32,000 bases of DNA from Pseudomonas aeruginosa (GCF_001457615.1 NZ_LN831024.1:3720001-3752000); one strand, 5' to 3'. Shown: positions 12,628 to 22,573, numbered from the stretch's first letter. Notes: generated by a model from the letters alone, not told the origin. A program made the numbers and translations.

Positions 12628-14322
12628 TCAGAAGCCGAGGCTCAGTTGTTCAGCGATCGGGCCGAGGGCCAGGGTCGGCAGGAAGGTCAGGCCGCCGACC
12701 AGCAGGATGGTCACGGTGAGCAGGCTGACGAACAGCGGACCATGGGTCGGGAAACTGTTCGGCCCCACCGGGCTGGCCTTCTTCGCCGCCAGGCTGCCGG
12801 CGATGGCGAGGATCGGCAGGATGTAGCCGAAGCGGCCGATGAGCATGGCCAGGCCGATCATCAGGTTGTGGAACGGCGTGTTGGCACCGAAACCGGCAAA
12901 CGCCGAGCCGTTGTTGGCGCTCCCCGAGGTGTAGGCGTAGAGCAGTTGGCTGAAACCGTGCGGGCCGGGGTTGGTCACCGCCGAGGCCGGTCCCGGCAGG
13001 CTGGCGGCAATGGCGCCGAGCACCAGCACGCCGACAGGCATCACCAGCAGGGTGAAGACCAGCAGGCGGACCTCCTTCGCCTCGAGCTTCTTGCCCAGGT
13101 ACTCCGGCGTCCGCCCGACCATCAGGCCGGCGAGGAACACCGCGATCAGGACGAACAGCAGCATGCCGTAGAGGCCGGCGCCGACGCCGCCGAAGATCAC
13201 CTCGCCGAGCATCATGTTCAGCAGCGGCAGCATGCCGCCCAGGGGGCTCAGGCTATCGTGCATGGCGTTCACCGAGCCGTTCGAGGCGGCGGTGGTGGTG
13301 ATCGCCCAGAGCATGCTGGCGGCGGTGCCGAAGCGACTCTCCTTGCCCTCCATCGGTGCGCCCTGCTCGACCGGCAACTGCGCCAGCGCCGGGTTCGGCT
13401 GGTATTCGGCCCACAGCGACAAGCCCAGGCCGAGGCAGAACAGCAGCAGCATGCAGCCGAGGATCGCGCGGCTCTGGCGCAGGTCCTTCACGTAATGGCC
13501 GAAGGTGAATACCAGCGCCGCCGGGATCAGGATGATCGAGGCCACTTCGAACAGGTTGCTCCAGGCACTCGGGTTCTCGAACGGATGAGTCGAGTTGACG
13601 CCGAAGAAGCCGCCGCCGTTGGTGCCCAGTTGCTTGATGGCGATCTGGCTGGCCGCCGGGCCGAGCGGGATGGTCTGCTCGGCGCCTTGCAAGGTGGTGG
13701 CATGGACGTAGTCGAAGAAGGTCTGCGGCACGCCCTGCCAGACCAGCAGCAACGCCAGCAGCAGGCACAGCGGCAGCAGCACGTAGAGGGTGCCGCGGGT
13801 CAGGTCGACCCAGAAGTTGCCCAGCTGCCGCGTGGAGCGGCGGCTGATGCCGCGCGCCAGGGCCACCAGCACGCAGAGGCCGACCGCCGCGCTGACGAAG
13901 TTCTGCACCGTAAGGCCGACCATCTGGCTGAAGTAGCTCAGCGAGGCCTCGCCGCTGTAGGCCTGCCAGTTGGTGTTGGTGACGAAACTGACCGCGGTGT
14001 TGAACGCCAGGGTCCATTCCAGGCCCGGCAGGTGCTGCGGGTTCAGCGGCAGGCTGCCCTGCAGCATGAGGATCGAGAACAGCAGGACCAGGCCGGCCAG
14101 GTTGAATGCCAGCAGCGCCAGGGTGTAGGTCTTCCAGTCCTGCTCGCTCGCCGGATCGACGCCGAACAGGCGATAGCAGACGCGCTCCAGTGGCGCCAGC
14201 GGCGCGCTGAGGAGATTGCGTTGGCCTTCCATCACCTTGAAGCAGTAGCGCCCGAGGAACGGTGCAGGCACCAGGACCAGGGCGAAAAAGGCCAGGATCA
14301 AGAGAATCTCGTGGCTGTTCAT
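12628..14322 (-). CDS. kdpA: K+-transporting ATPase subunit A
   Basis: Start ATG at 14322 ([26 protein letters not shown]); [62 protein letters not shown] selectivity-loop motifs. Confidence 0.98.
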   Translation of the reverse strand: MNSHEILLILAFFALVLVPAPFLGRYCFKVMEGQRNLLSAPLAPLERVCYRLFGVDPASEQDWKTYTLALLAFNLAGLVLLFSILMLQGSLPLNPQHLPGLEWTLAFNTAVSFVTNTNWQAYSGEASLSYFSQMVGLTVQNFVSAAVGLCVLVALARGISRRSTRQLGNFWVDLTRGTLYVLLPLCLLLALLLVWQGVPQTFFDYVHATTLQGAEQTIPLGPAASQIAIKQLGTNGGGFFGVNSTHPFENPSAWSNLFEVASIILIPAALVFTFGHYVKDLRQSRAILGCMLLLFCLGLGLSLWAEYQPNPALAQLPVEQGAPMEGKESRFGTAASMLWAITTTAASNGSVNAMHDSLSPLGGMLPLLNMMLGEVIFGGVGAGLYGMLLFVLIAVFLAGLMVGRTPEYLGKKLEAKEVRLLVFTLLVMPVGVLVLGAIAASLPGPASAVTNPGPHGFSQLLYAYTSGSANNGSAFAGFGANTPFHNLMIGLAMLIGRFGYILPILAIAGSLAAKKASPVGPNSFPTHGPLFVSLLTVTILLVGGLTFLPTLALGPIAEQLSLGF

Positions 14323-14332
14323 GTGCCCTCCC

Positions 14333-14422
14333 CTAGGCACGGTCGGCGCGTAGCAGCGCCACCAGCAAATAGACGAACAGTCCCGTGGCCAGGGCCAGGG
14401 ACAACCAATCCAGAACGGTCAT
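14333..14422 (-). CDS. kdpF: K+-transporting ATPase subunit F (small membrane peptide)
   Basis: 29 aa [29 protein letters not shown], immediately upstream of kdpA; upstream RBS AAGGAGA. Confidence 0.92.
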   Translation of the reverse strand: MTVLDWLSLALATGLFVYLLVALLRADRA

Positions 14423-14463
14423 GTGTGCGATCTCTCCTTCGAACGGCCTCTGCCGCTTGAGGG

Positions 14464-14533
14464 AAAGTCTCCGCAAAGGGGGCGTAAAGAAGCGATTCCG
14501 GGCCGCGTCGGACGGCATAAAGAAAGCGTAAAG
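14464..14533 (-). promoter_or_regulatory. Candidate KdpE-binding array upstream of kdpF
   Basis: Top-strand AAAG at 14464, 14475, 14486, 14519 and 14530, with offsets all multiples of 11; GC(G/A)TAAAG at 14482-14489, 14515-14522, 14526-14533 (CTTTACGC/CTTTATGC in kdp orientation). Confidence 0.55.
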
Positions 14534-14609
14534 AGTGGCGCGGACAGCGCCTGGGAGAGCAACCGGCCGGGGACTGCGCCACGGCCGGTGACAAGGCGAA
14601 GGATCGACG

Positions 14610-15764
14610 CTAGCCCTGGGCGGCGCGGATCATGTTGCGGGCGATCAGCAGTTGCTGGATCTGCGTGGTGCCCTCGTAGATGCGGAACAGTCGCACGTCG
14701 CGATAGAAGCGCTCGATCCCATAGTCGCCGATATAGCCGGCGCCGCCGAAGATCTGCACCGCGCGGTCGGCGACGCGGCCGCACATTTCCGAGGCGAACA
14801 GCTTGGCGCAGGACGCCTCGGTACCGACATCGCGGCCTTCGTCGCGCTGCCGCGCGGCGTCGATGACCATGCAGCGCGCCGCGTAGGCTTCGGCCTTGCT
14901 GTCGGCGAGCATTGCCTGGATCAACTGGAACTCGGCGATCGGCTGGCCGAACTGCTTGCGTTCCAGGGCATAGCGCAACGCATCCTCGAGCATCCGCTCG
15001 GCGACCCCCACGCAGACCGCGGCGATGTGCAGGCGGCCCTTGTCGAGCACCTTCATCGCGGTCTTGAAGCCGACGCCCTCGACCCCGCCGATCAACTGGC
15101 TGGCAGGCACCCGGCAGTCGTCGAAGATCACGTCACAGGTATGCGCGCCCTTCTGTCCCATCTTGCGATCCGGCTTGCCCAGGGACAGCCCGGGCGTACC
15201 GCGCTCGACGACGAAAGCGGAGATTCCGCCGGCGCCACGGATCGCCGGGTTGGTGCGTGCCATCACGGTGTAGATGCCGGCCTGCGGGGCGTTGGTGATG
15301 AAGCGCTTGGTACCGTTGAGCACGTAGTGCTGGCCGTCACGCACCGCCGTGGTCTTCAGCGAGGCGGCGTCGGAACCGGAGTCCGGTTCGGTGAGGCAGA
15401 ACGAACTGAGCAGTTCGCCCGACGCCAGGCGCGGCAGGTAGCGCCGCTTCTGTTCTTCGGTGCCGTCGATGACGATGCCCTGGGAGCCGATGCCATTGTT
15501 GGTGCCCAGCAGCGAACGGAACGCCGGCGAGGTCCGCCCCAGTTCGAAGGCGATGCTCACCTCTTCCTCCATGGTCACCCCGAGGCCGCCGTAGGCCTCC
15601 GGGATCGACAGGCCGAACAGGCCCATCTCGCGCATGCGGGCGATGATCGCCTCGGGGATGCGGTCGGTTTCCGCCACCTCCTGCTCATGAGGCACCAGGC
15701 TTTCGCGGACGAACTGGCGGATGCTGTCCAGCAGCAGGTTCAGGGTTTCCGGATCACGAATCAT
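14610..15764 (-). CDS. Acyl-CoA dehydrogenase
   Basis: MIRDPETLNLLLDSIRQFVRESLVPHEQEVAETD..., SFCLTEPDSGSDAASLKTTAV, IQIFGGAGYIGDYGIERFYRDVRLFRIYEGTTQIQQLLIAR. ATG 15764 has GGAG about 5 nt upstream; GTG at 15770 is an alternative. Confidence 0.94.
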   Translation of the reverse strand: MIRDPETLNLLLDSIRQFVRESLVPHEQEVAETDRIPEAIIARMREMGLFGLSIPEAYGGLGVTMEEEVSIAFELGRTSPAFRSLLGTNNGIGSQGIVIDGTEEQKRRYLPRLASGELLSSFCLTEPDSGSDAASLKTTAVRDGQHYVLNGTKRFITNAPQAGIYTVMARTNPAIRGAGGISAFVVERGTPGLSLGKPDRKMGQKGAHTCDVIFDDCRVPASQLIGGVEGVGFKTAMKVLDKGRLHIAAVCVGVAERMLEDALRYALERKQFGQPIAEFQLIQAMLADSKAEAYAARCMVIDAARQRDEGRDVGTEASCAKLFASEMCGRVADRAVQIFGGAGYIGDYGIERFYRDVRLFRIYEGTTQIQQLLIARNMIRAAQG

Positions 15765-15818
15765 GCTCACTCCAATAGGCCCTTAGGCCGGTTGCCATGA
15801 TTCCGTCACCGGCCTCGG

Positions 15819-16685
15819 TCAGCGGGTGGCGGCCTCGATGTTGTGGACCATGTGCAGCAGGCGCGGGCCGATGTCGTCCTCCAGTTTCTCGCGCTTGAGG
15901 TGGAAACTCGGCCCGCCGCAGTTGAACGCCAGCAGCCCATGGCTCTCGTGGTGCAAGGCCACGCCCACCGCGTTGACGTCGCGTTGCCACTCGCCGAGCG
16001 ACAGGCAGAAGCCGTAGTCGGCATAGTCGCGGAAGGCCCGCTCCAGCCCCTTGCGCACTTCCGGCCAGTCTTCCGGGTGGCGCTTGCGGATGTGCCCGAG
16101 GATGAACTCCCGCTCGTCCTCCGGCATCGCCGCCAGGCAGGCCCGGCCGATCGCGCTGCGGTGCAGCGAGAGGTGGCTGCCGACCTGGCGACGCATGGTC
16201 AGGTTGGCCTCGCCATGCACCACGTCGAGGTAGACCATGCTCAGCCGGTCGCGGGCCGCCATGGCCACCGCGGCCTTGGCGTAGCCGGCCATCTCTTCCA
16301 TCAAAGGGCGGGCGAGCGCGCGAATCGACAGGTTCGAGAGCATCGCGTAGCCGAACGACATCACCCCCACTTCCAACTGGTACTTGCCGCTATGCGGCAG
16401 GTGACGCAGATAGCCCAGCCGGGTCAGGGTGTGGGTCAGACGCGACACCGTCGGCTTCGGCAGGCCGGTCTTCTTCGCCAGTTCCTGGTTGCCCAGCAGG
16501 CTTTCCCGTGGTGTGAAACAGCGCAGCAATTCCAACCCGCGGGCCAGCGCGGTGACGAACTGGCGGTCCTTGAGTTCCTCGTCTTTCTCCTGCATCGGGT
16601 CGATCAGCACAGCTTCGAAGGCGGACACTTCCGCTTCCGTACTGGCACCTTCCGCCGGACTCCGGCGCTCGTCGTTGCCGCGCAT
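15819..16685 (-). CDS. IclR-family transcriptional regulator
   Basis: 288 aa: QFVTALARGLELLRCFTP...LAKKTGLPKPTVSRLTHTLTRLGYL HTH; C-terminal effector domain with HLSLHRSAIGRACLAAMPEDER and AFNCGG. GAGG about 8 nt upstream of ATG. Confidence 0.94.
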   Translation of the reverse strand: MRGNDERRSPAEGASTEAEVSAFEAVLIDPMQEKDEELKDRQFVTALARGLELLRCFTPRESLLGNQELAKKTGLPKPTVSRLTHTLTRLGYLRHLPHSGKYQLEVGVMSFGYAMLSNLSIRALARPLMEEMAGYAKAAVAMAARDRLSMVYLDVVHGEANLTMRRQVGSHLSLHRSAIGRACLAAMPEDEREFILGHIRKRHPEDWPEVRKGLERAFRDYADYGFCLSLGEWQRDVNAVGVALHHESHGLLAFNCGGPSFHLKREKLEDDIGPRLLHMVHNIEAATR

Positions 16686-16728
16686 AGTAGGGACCTCTTT
16701 TTCAAAAAATCAATAAAACAAAATCATA

Positions 16729-16743
16729 TTTCGCATAGCGAAA
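16729..16743. promoter_or_regulatory. Operator copy 1 TTTCGCATAGCGAAA (putative IclR-family site, regulator side)
   Basis: Perfect 6-3-6 inverted repeat; adjoins a minus-strand -10-like TATGAT (16723-16728). Confidence 0.75.
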
Positions 16744-16887
16744 CTAATAGAAGAACCCATGCACTTTCAACAACGAAAATAAAATCCTTTTAAAACAGTA
16801 AATTGTATAAGTAGATCGTCCAAAATCCGACGCGAGTATTTACAACGCCCCGGCTGGCGCTGATTATTTTCGATAAATCATGAAACT

Positions 16888-16908
16888 ATATTTCGCATAG
16901 CGAAATAT
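16888..16908. promoter_or_regulatory. Operator copy 2 ATATTTCGCATAGCGAAATAT (putative IclR-family site, enoyl-CoA hydratase side)
   Basis: Perfect 9-3-9 inverted repeat containing the same 15-bp core as copy 1; overlaps a plus-strand -10-like TATATT (16887-16892). Confidence 0.78.
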
Positions 16909-16926
16909 CAATTCATCGGAGCTTCC

Positions 16927-17712
<786 letters not shown>

Positions 17713-17715
17713 ACG

Positions 17716-19245
17716 ATGCCCGATATTCGTTGTATCGCCGTGGTCGGTACCGGTGCGATGGGCACCGGGATCGCCCAGATCGCCGCCCAGGCCGGCCTGA
17801 CTGTGTGGCTGTTCGACAGCCGCGCCGAGGCCGCCGCCGAGGCACGCCAGCGCCTGCGGCAGACCTTCGAGAGCCTGTGCGGCAAAGGCAAGCTGAGCGC
17901 CGCCGACGCCGAGGCCGCGCAAAACCGGCTGCGGGTGGCGGAACGCCTGGAACAACTGGGCGACTGCGAACTGGTGGTGGAGGCCATCGTCGAGCGCCTG
18001 GAGGCCAAGCAGGAATTGCTGCGCCGGCTGGAAGCCATAGTCGCGCCGGAGACCATCCTCGCCAGCAATACCTCGTCGTTGTCGATCACCGCCATCGCCG
18101 CCGCCTGCGAGCGGCCGCAGCGGGTCGCCGGCTTTCACTTCTTCAACCCGGTGCCGCTGATGCGCGTGGTCGAGGTGGTCGACGGCCTGGCCAGCGCTCC
18201 GGAAGTCGGCGACGCCCTGCTCGCCCTCGCCGCGCGCCTGGGCCACCGCGGCGTACGGACCAAGGACAGCCCCGGCTTCATCGTCAACCATGCCGGCCGC
18301 GCCTATGGCACCGAGGCCCTGCGCATCCTCGGCGAAGGCGTCGCCGAATGCGCCGAGATCGACCGTGTGCTGCGCGAGTGTGCCGGCTTCCGCATGGGGC
18401 CGTTCGAACTGCTCGATCTTACCGGCCTCGACGTGTCGCACCCGGTAATGGAATCGATCTACCAGCAGTACTACCAGGAACCGCGCTACCGCCCGCACCC
18501 GCTGACCCGCCAGTTGCTCGCCGCCGGCCGTCTCGGGCGCAAGAGCGGCCAGGGCTTCTATCGCTACGTCGGCGGCCAGCCGCAGGACAAGCCCGGTCCG
18601 CAACCGGTGCCGCAGGCCGCCATCCGGCCCCCGGTGTGGCTGGGCTGCGAAAACGAGGACGACCGCCGCACGCTCGCCGAACTGCTGCATCGCCTCGGCG
18701 TCGAGCCGGAAACCGGCGAACGCCCTTCCGCCGCAGCGCTCTGCCTGCTGGCCGCCTGGGGCGAGGACCTGAGCAGCGCCGTGCAGCGCTTCGCCTGTCC
18801 CGCCGAGCGCAGCGTCGGCATCGACCTGCTCTGCGACCTCGAGCGCCGGCGCTGCCTGATGCTCTCGCCACTGACTACCCCGGCCATGCGCGACGCCGCC
18901 CACGCGCTACTGGCTGGCGACGGCGCCGGGGTCACGGTGCTGCGCGACAGTCCCGGCTTCGTCGTCCAGCGGGTACTGGCGATGATCGTCAACCTCGCCT
19001 GCGACATCGCCCAGCAGGGCATTGCCAGCGTCGAGGATATCGACCAGGCGGTGCACCTCGGCCTCGGCTATCCCCACGGCCCGCTGGAATGGGGCGACCG
19101 CCTCGGCCCGCGGCGCCTGCTGAGCATTCTCCAGCGCCTGCAGGCGCTTACCGGTGACCCGCGCTACCGGCCCAGTCCCTGGCTGCGCCGACGAGCGCAA
19201 CTGGGCATGTCCCTGCGCGCCGGCGAAACCGCCGCGGTAGGCTGA
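17716..19245 (+). CDS. 3-hydroxyacyl-CoA dehydrogenase with duplicated C-terminal domain (PaaH/PaaC-like size)
   Basis: 509 aa: IAVVGTGAMGTGIAQIAAQAG, ILASNTSSLSITAIA, GFHFFNPVPLMRVVEVV, DSPGFIVNHAGRAYGTEALRILGEG; second module ...RDSPGFVVQRVLAMIVNLACDIAQQGIASVEDIDQAVHLGLGYPHGPLEWGDRLG. Confidence 0.95.
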   Translation: MPDIRCIAVVGTGAMGTGIAQIAAQAGLTVWLFDSRAEAAAEARQRLRQTFESLCGKGKLSAADAEAAQNRLRVAERLEQLGDCELVVEAIVERLEAKQELLRRLEAIVAPETILASNTSSLSITAIAAACERPQRVAGFHFFNPVPLMRVVEVVDGLASAPEVGDALLALAARLGHRGVRTKDSPGFIVNHAGRAYGTEALRILGEGVAECAEIDRVLRECAGFRMGPFELLDLTGLDVSHPVMESIYQQYYQEPRYRPHPLTRQLLAAGRLGRKSGQGFYRYVGGQPQDKPGPQPVPQAAIRPPVWLGCENEDDRRTLAELLHRLGVEPETGERPSAAALCLLAAWGEDLSSAVQRFACPAERSVGIDLLCDLERRRCLMLSPLTTPAMRDAAHALLAGDGAGVTVLRDSPGFVVQRVLAMIVNLACDIAQQGIASVEDIDQAVHLGLGYPHGPLEWGDRLGPRRLLSILQRLQALTGDPRYRPSPWLRRRAQLGMSLRAGETAAVG

Positions 19246-19357
19246 CGCATCGGCGACCTGGCGACGCAGCGCCATGCGTCTCGCCGCCAGGCCAACGCTT
19301 TTTCCCCGAGCGACGCTTTCCGGGCTTGCAGCTGCCGAGGTATCCTGCGCGCAAATT

Positions 19358-19374
19358 CATCCGATGATTGGATG
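19358..19374. promoter_or_regulatory. Candidate operator CATCCGATGATTGGATG upstream of GntR-type gene
   Basis: 17-bp inverted repeat, 7 of 8 pairs matched around a central G; ends 8 nt before the GTG start at 19383. Confidence 0.45.
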
Positions 19375-19382
19375 TTTCTTCC

Positions 19383-20030
19383 GTGACCATTCCCCTCAAG
19401 CGCTCCCTGGTGGACATCGCCCTGGAGCAGATCCGCCAGCGCATCGACGCCGGCCATTGGCCGCTCGGCCAGCGCCTGCCGCCGGAGCCGGAACTCGCCG
19501 AGCTGCTCGGCATGAGCCGCAACACCGTGCGCGAAGCGGTGCGCGTGCTGACCTTCTCCGGCGTGCTGGAAGTCCGCCAGGGCGACGGCACCTACGTGCG
19601 CGCCTGCGCCGATCCGCTGGAAACCATGCTGGTGCTGGCGCGCAGCGCGGTGCAGCACTCCCTGGAGGCACGCGGGATGATCGAGATCGAGGCGGCGCGC
19701 CTGGCTGCCGTTCGCCGCGACGACAGCGACCTGAGCGCATTGCGCGAGCATCTCGACGCTTCGCGCCAGCGCTACGGCAGCGACGACCTGCAGGACTACA
19801 TCGAGCACGACGTCCGCTTCCACCAACGGATGGTCGATGCCGCCCACAATCCGGTGCTCAGCGAACTCTACCGCTACTTCTCGCAGGTCATCCGGACCTC
19901 GCTGGAACGCACCATGGCCGACCCACAAAGGGCCCAGCCCTGCTTCGAGCTGCACCAGCAACTGCTCGACGCCATAGAACGCGGAGACCCGGACGCTGCC
20001 GCCGCGGCCAACCGCGCACTGCTGATCTGA
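19383..20030 (+). CDS. GntR-family regulator, FadR (FCD) subfamily
   Basis: VTIPLKRSLVDIALEQIRQRIDAGHWPLGQRLPPEPELAELLGMSRNTVREAVRVLTFSGVLEVRQGDGTYV; C-terminal FCD helices (DVRFHQRMVDAAHNPVLSELY). Start ambiguous: GTG 19383 or TTG 19368. Confidence 0.92.
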   Translation: MTIPLKRSLVDIALEQIRQRIDAGHWPLGQRLPPEPELAELLGMSRNTVREAVRVLTFSGVLEVRQGDGTYVRACADPLETMLVLARSAVQHSLEARGMIEIEAARLAAVRRDDSDLSALREHLDASRQRYGSDDLQDYIEHDVRFHQRMVDAAHNPVLSELYRYFSQVIRTSLERTMADPQRAQPCFELHQQLLDAIERGDPDAAAAANRALLI

Positions 20031-20045
20031 ACCCGGGACAGACCC

Positions 20046-21320
20046 ATGACTCACGCCTTGAATGCCCGGCCGGGAGCGCATCCCGGCCATCCTCCGGAAG
20101 AACTGCTGATCGATGCCGAAGTCGACGACGAACCAGTTCCGCCGGCGCCGCCACTACGCCCCTGGCTGCTCCTGCTGGGCCTGGTGCTGGTGGCGCTGAA
20201 CCTGCGCCCGGCGCTGTCCAGCCTCGCCCCCCTGCTCAACCAGGTGCGCGACGATACCGGCCTCTCGGCCGCTGCCGCCGGCCTGCTGACCACCGCGCCG
20301 GTACTCTGCCTGGGATTGTTCGCGCCGCTCGCGCCGCGCCTGGCCCGGCGTATCGGCGCCGAGCGCAGTGTGCTGCTGATCCTCTTCTGCCTGGCCGGCG
20401 GCATCGTCCTGCGCAGCCTGTTCCCGGTGTTCGGCCTGTTCGCCGGCAGCGTCCTGGCCGGCGCCAGCATCGGCATCATCGGCGTGCTCCTGCCGGGCAT
20501 CGTCAAACGCGACTTCCCGCGCCAGGCCGGGGTGATGACCGGGGTCTACACCATGGCCCTGTGCCTGGGCGCAGCGCTCGCCGCCGGCGCTACCGCGCCG
20601 CTGGAGAAGCTCTTCGGCAACTGGGAACTGGCGCTGGCGTTCTGGTCGCTGCCGGCGATCCTCGCCGCCGCCTTCTGGCTGCCGCAGACCCGCCAGGGCC
20701 AGCACGCCCATCGCCAGGCCTTCCGTGTCATCGGCCTGTGGCGCGACCCGCTGGCCTGGCAGGTCACGCTGTACATGGGCCTGCAATCGTCCCTGGCCTA
20801 CATCGTCTTCGGTTGGCTGCCGTCGATCCTGATCGACCGCGGCATGACTGCGGTGGAAGCCGGCCTGGTGCTGTCCGGCTCGGTGATGCTGCAACTGATC
20901 ACCGCCCTGCTCGCGCCCTGGCTCGCCGCTCGCGCCAGGGACCAGCGCCTGGCGGTGGTGCTGGTGATGGCGACCACCCTCGCCGGCCTGCTCGGCTTCC
21001 TCTATGCGCCGCTGCAGACCATCTGGGGCTGGGCGGTCCTGCTCGGCCTCGGCCAGGGCGGTACCTTCAGCATCGCCCTGGCGCTGATCGTCCTGCGCTC
21101 GCGCGACGCCCACGTCGCCTCGCATCTGTCGGGCATGGCCCAGGGCGTCGGCTACACCCTGGCGGCCATGGGGCCGTTCATGGTCGGCGTGGTCCACGAC
21201 CTGACCGGCGGCTGGAACGCGGTCGGCTATATCTTCATCGGCGTCGCCATCGCCGCCACCCTGTTCGGCCTCGGCGCCGGGCGCAGCCAGTACGTGGGGG
21301 CCCGCAGCGAACACCTGTAG
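20046..21320 (+). CDS. MFS transporter, CynX/NimT (cyanate transporter-like) family
   Basis: 424 aa, about 12 TM segments; ALNLRPALSSLAPLLNQVRDDTGLSAAAAGLLTTAPVLCLGLFAPLAPRLARRIG. Confidence 0.92.
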   Translation: MTHALNARPGAHPGHPPEELLIDAEVDDEPVPPAPPLRPWLLLLGLVLVALNLRPALSSLAPLLNQVRDDTGLSAAAAGLLTTAPVLCLGLFAPLAPRLARRIGAERSVLLILFCLAGGIVLRSLFPVFGLFAGSVLAGASIGIIGVLLPGIVKRDFPRQAGVMTGVYTMALCLGAALAAGATAPLEKLFGNWELALAFWSLPAILAAAFWLPQTRQGQHAHRQAFRVIGLWRDPLAWQVTLYMGLQSSLAYIVFGWLPSILIDRGMTAVEAGLVLSGSVMLQLITALLAPWLAARARDQRLAVVLVMATTLAGLLGFLYAPLQTIWGWAVLLGLGQGGTFSIALALIVLRSRDAHVASHLSGMAQGVGYTLAAMGPFMVGVVHDLTGGWNAVGYIFIGVAIAATLFGLGAGRSQYVGARSEHL

Positions 21321-21332
21321 CCCCGCAGACGC

Positions 21333-21359
21333 AAAAAGCCCCGCATCGCGGGGCTTTTT
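21333..21359. terminator. Bidirectional intrinsic terminator between convergent genes
   Basis: AAAAAGCCCCGC ATC GCGGGGCTTTTT: perfect 12-3-12 inverted repeat with A/T tracts on both sides. Confidence 0.95.
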
Positions 21360-21371
21360 CTCCTTCGTCAC

Positions 21372-22439
21372 TCAGGCATCCGGGCCGCGCCCTTCGGCGG
21401 GCGGCGTCCGCGGCGTGCTGGCGATCCAGTCGCTGAGCAGGTTGTAGGCCACTGCCAGCAGGATCGGGCCGAGGAACAGGCCCATGAAGCCGAACGCCAG
21501 CAGGCCGCCGAATACCCCGAGCAGCACCACCACCAGCGGCAGGTTGCCGCCACGGCTGATCAGGTAGGGTTTGAGGATGTTGTCCACCCCGCTGATGATG
21601 AAGAAGCCCCACAGGCCGAGGAACACCCCGTGGCCATAGTCGCCCTTGAAGAACAGCCAGGCGGTGGCCGGACCCCAGACCAGCGGCGGGACCATCAGCA
21701 GGCTGCAGGCGAAGGTCAGCAGGCCGAGCAGCATGGCTCCCGGTACGCCGGCGATCATGAAGCCGATCCAGGCCAGCAGGGCTTGCGCCGCGGCGGTACC
21801 GATCACCCCGTTGACCACCCGCTGTACGGTGCCGGCGACAAGGTCGCGATAGTGCTCCGCGCGGTTGCCGATCAGGCGCTCCAGGGCACGGTGGACGATG
21901 GACTCCAGGCGCGGCCCGTCGCGGTAGAAGAAGAAGATCAGGATCAGGCTGAGGACCAGTTCCAGGATCCCTCCGCCGATCTTCGCGCTGCGCGCCAGCA
22001 GCCAGTTGCCGACCTCGCCGACATAGGGCTTGAGCACGTAGAAGAACGCCACGCCCTGTTGGTCGATGGAGTCCCACCAGCCGATCAGGCGGTCGCCGAT
22101 CAGCGGTACGCCGGCCATCCACGAAGGCGGCGGCGGCAGGCCCTCGACCTGGAGATTCTTCAGCAGCTCCATCAGCGAGCGAACGTTGTCCGCCAGGCCG
22201 AAGCCGAGCCAGATCAGCGGCAATGCCACCAGGACGATCCAGCCCAGGGTCAGCAGGCCCGCCGCCAGCGACTCGCGGCCACCGAGCAGGCGCGTGAGCA
22301 TGCGCATCAGCGGCCAACTGGCGAAAGCCAGCACCGCGGCCCAGAACAGCGCCGACCAGAATGGCGCCAGCACCCAGAGACTGGCACCGAGCAGACCGAA
22401 CAGCAGCACGCGAAGCAACAGCCGATCGTTATCGAACAT
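21372..22439 (-). CDS. AI-2E transporter family (YdiK/PerM-like) permease
   Basis: MFDNDRLLLRVLLFGLLGASLWVLAPFWSALFWAAVLAFASWPL...; VPPLVWGPATAWLFFKG, GFFIISGVDNILKPYLISRGGNLP, GFMGLFLGPILLAV. In-frame TTG at 22442 is an alternative start. Confidence 0.92.
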   Translation of the reverse strand: MFDNDRLLLRVLLFGLLGASLWVLAPFWSALFWAAVLAFASWPLMRMLTRLLGGRESLAAGLLTLGWIVLVALPLIWLGFGLADNVRSLMELLKNLQVEGLPPPPSWMAGVPLIGDRLIGWWDSIDQQGVAFFYVLKPYVGEVGNWLLARSAKIGGGILELVLSLILIFFFYRDGPRLESIVHRALERLIGNRAEHYRDLVAGTVQRVVNGVIGTAAAQALLAWIGFMIAGVPGAMLLGLLTFACSLLMVPPLVWGPATAWLFFKGDYGHGVFLGLWGFFIISGVDNILKPYLISRGGNLPLVVVLLGVFGGLLAFGFMGLFLGPILLAVAYNLLSDWIASTPRTPPAEGRGPDA

Positions 22440-22573
22440 CAAGGCAGGCCTTCCTCAAAGGGGGATACACCGATAGACAGCGCTCGGCGTGCGCCGTTTC
22501 CAGCCGGAGCGTGGGGCGCGGGGGAAAGGCAGTCTACTCTGGCGGGCGGCCTTGCCGAAGGCATTTTCGCCAT

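Noticed and set aside
19274-21436. 720-aa plus-strand ORF overlapping the GntR and MFS genes
   Set aside because: Pro/Arg-rich alternate-frame translation; the GntR and MFS frames have clear family signatures.
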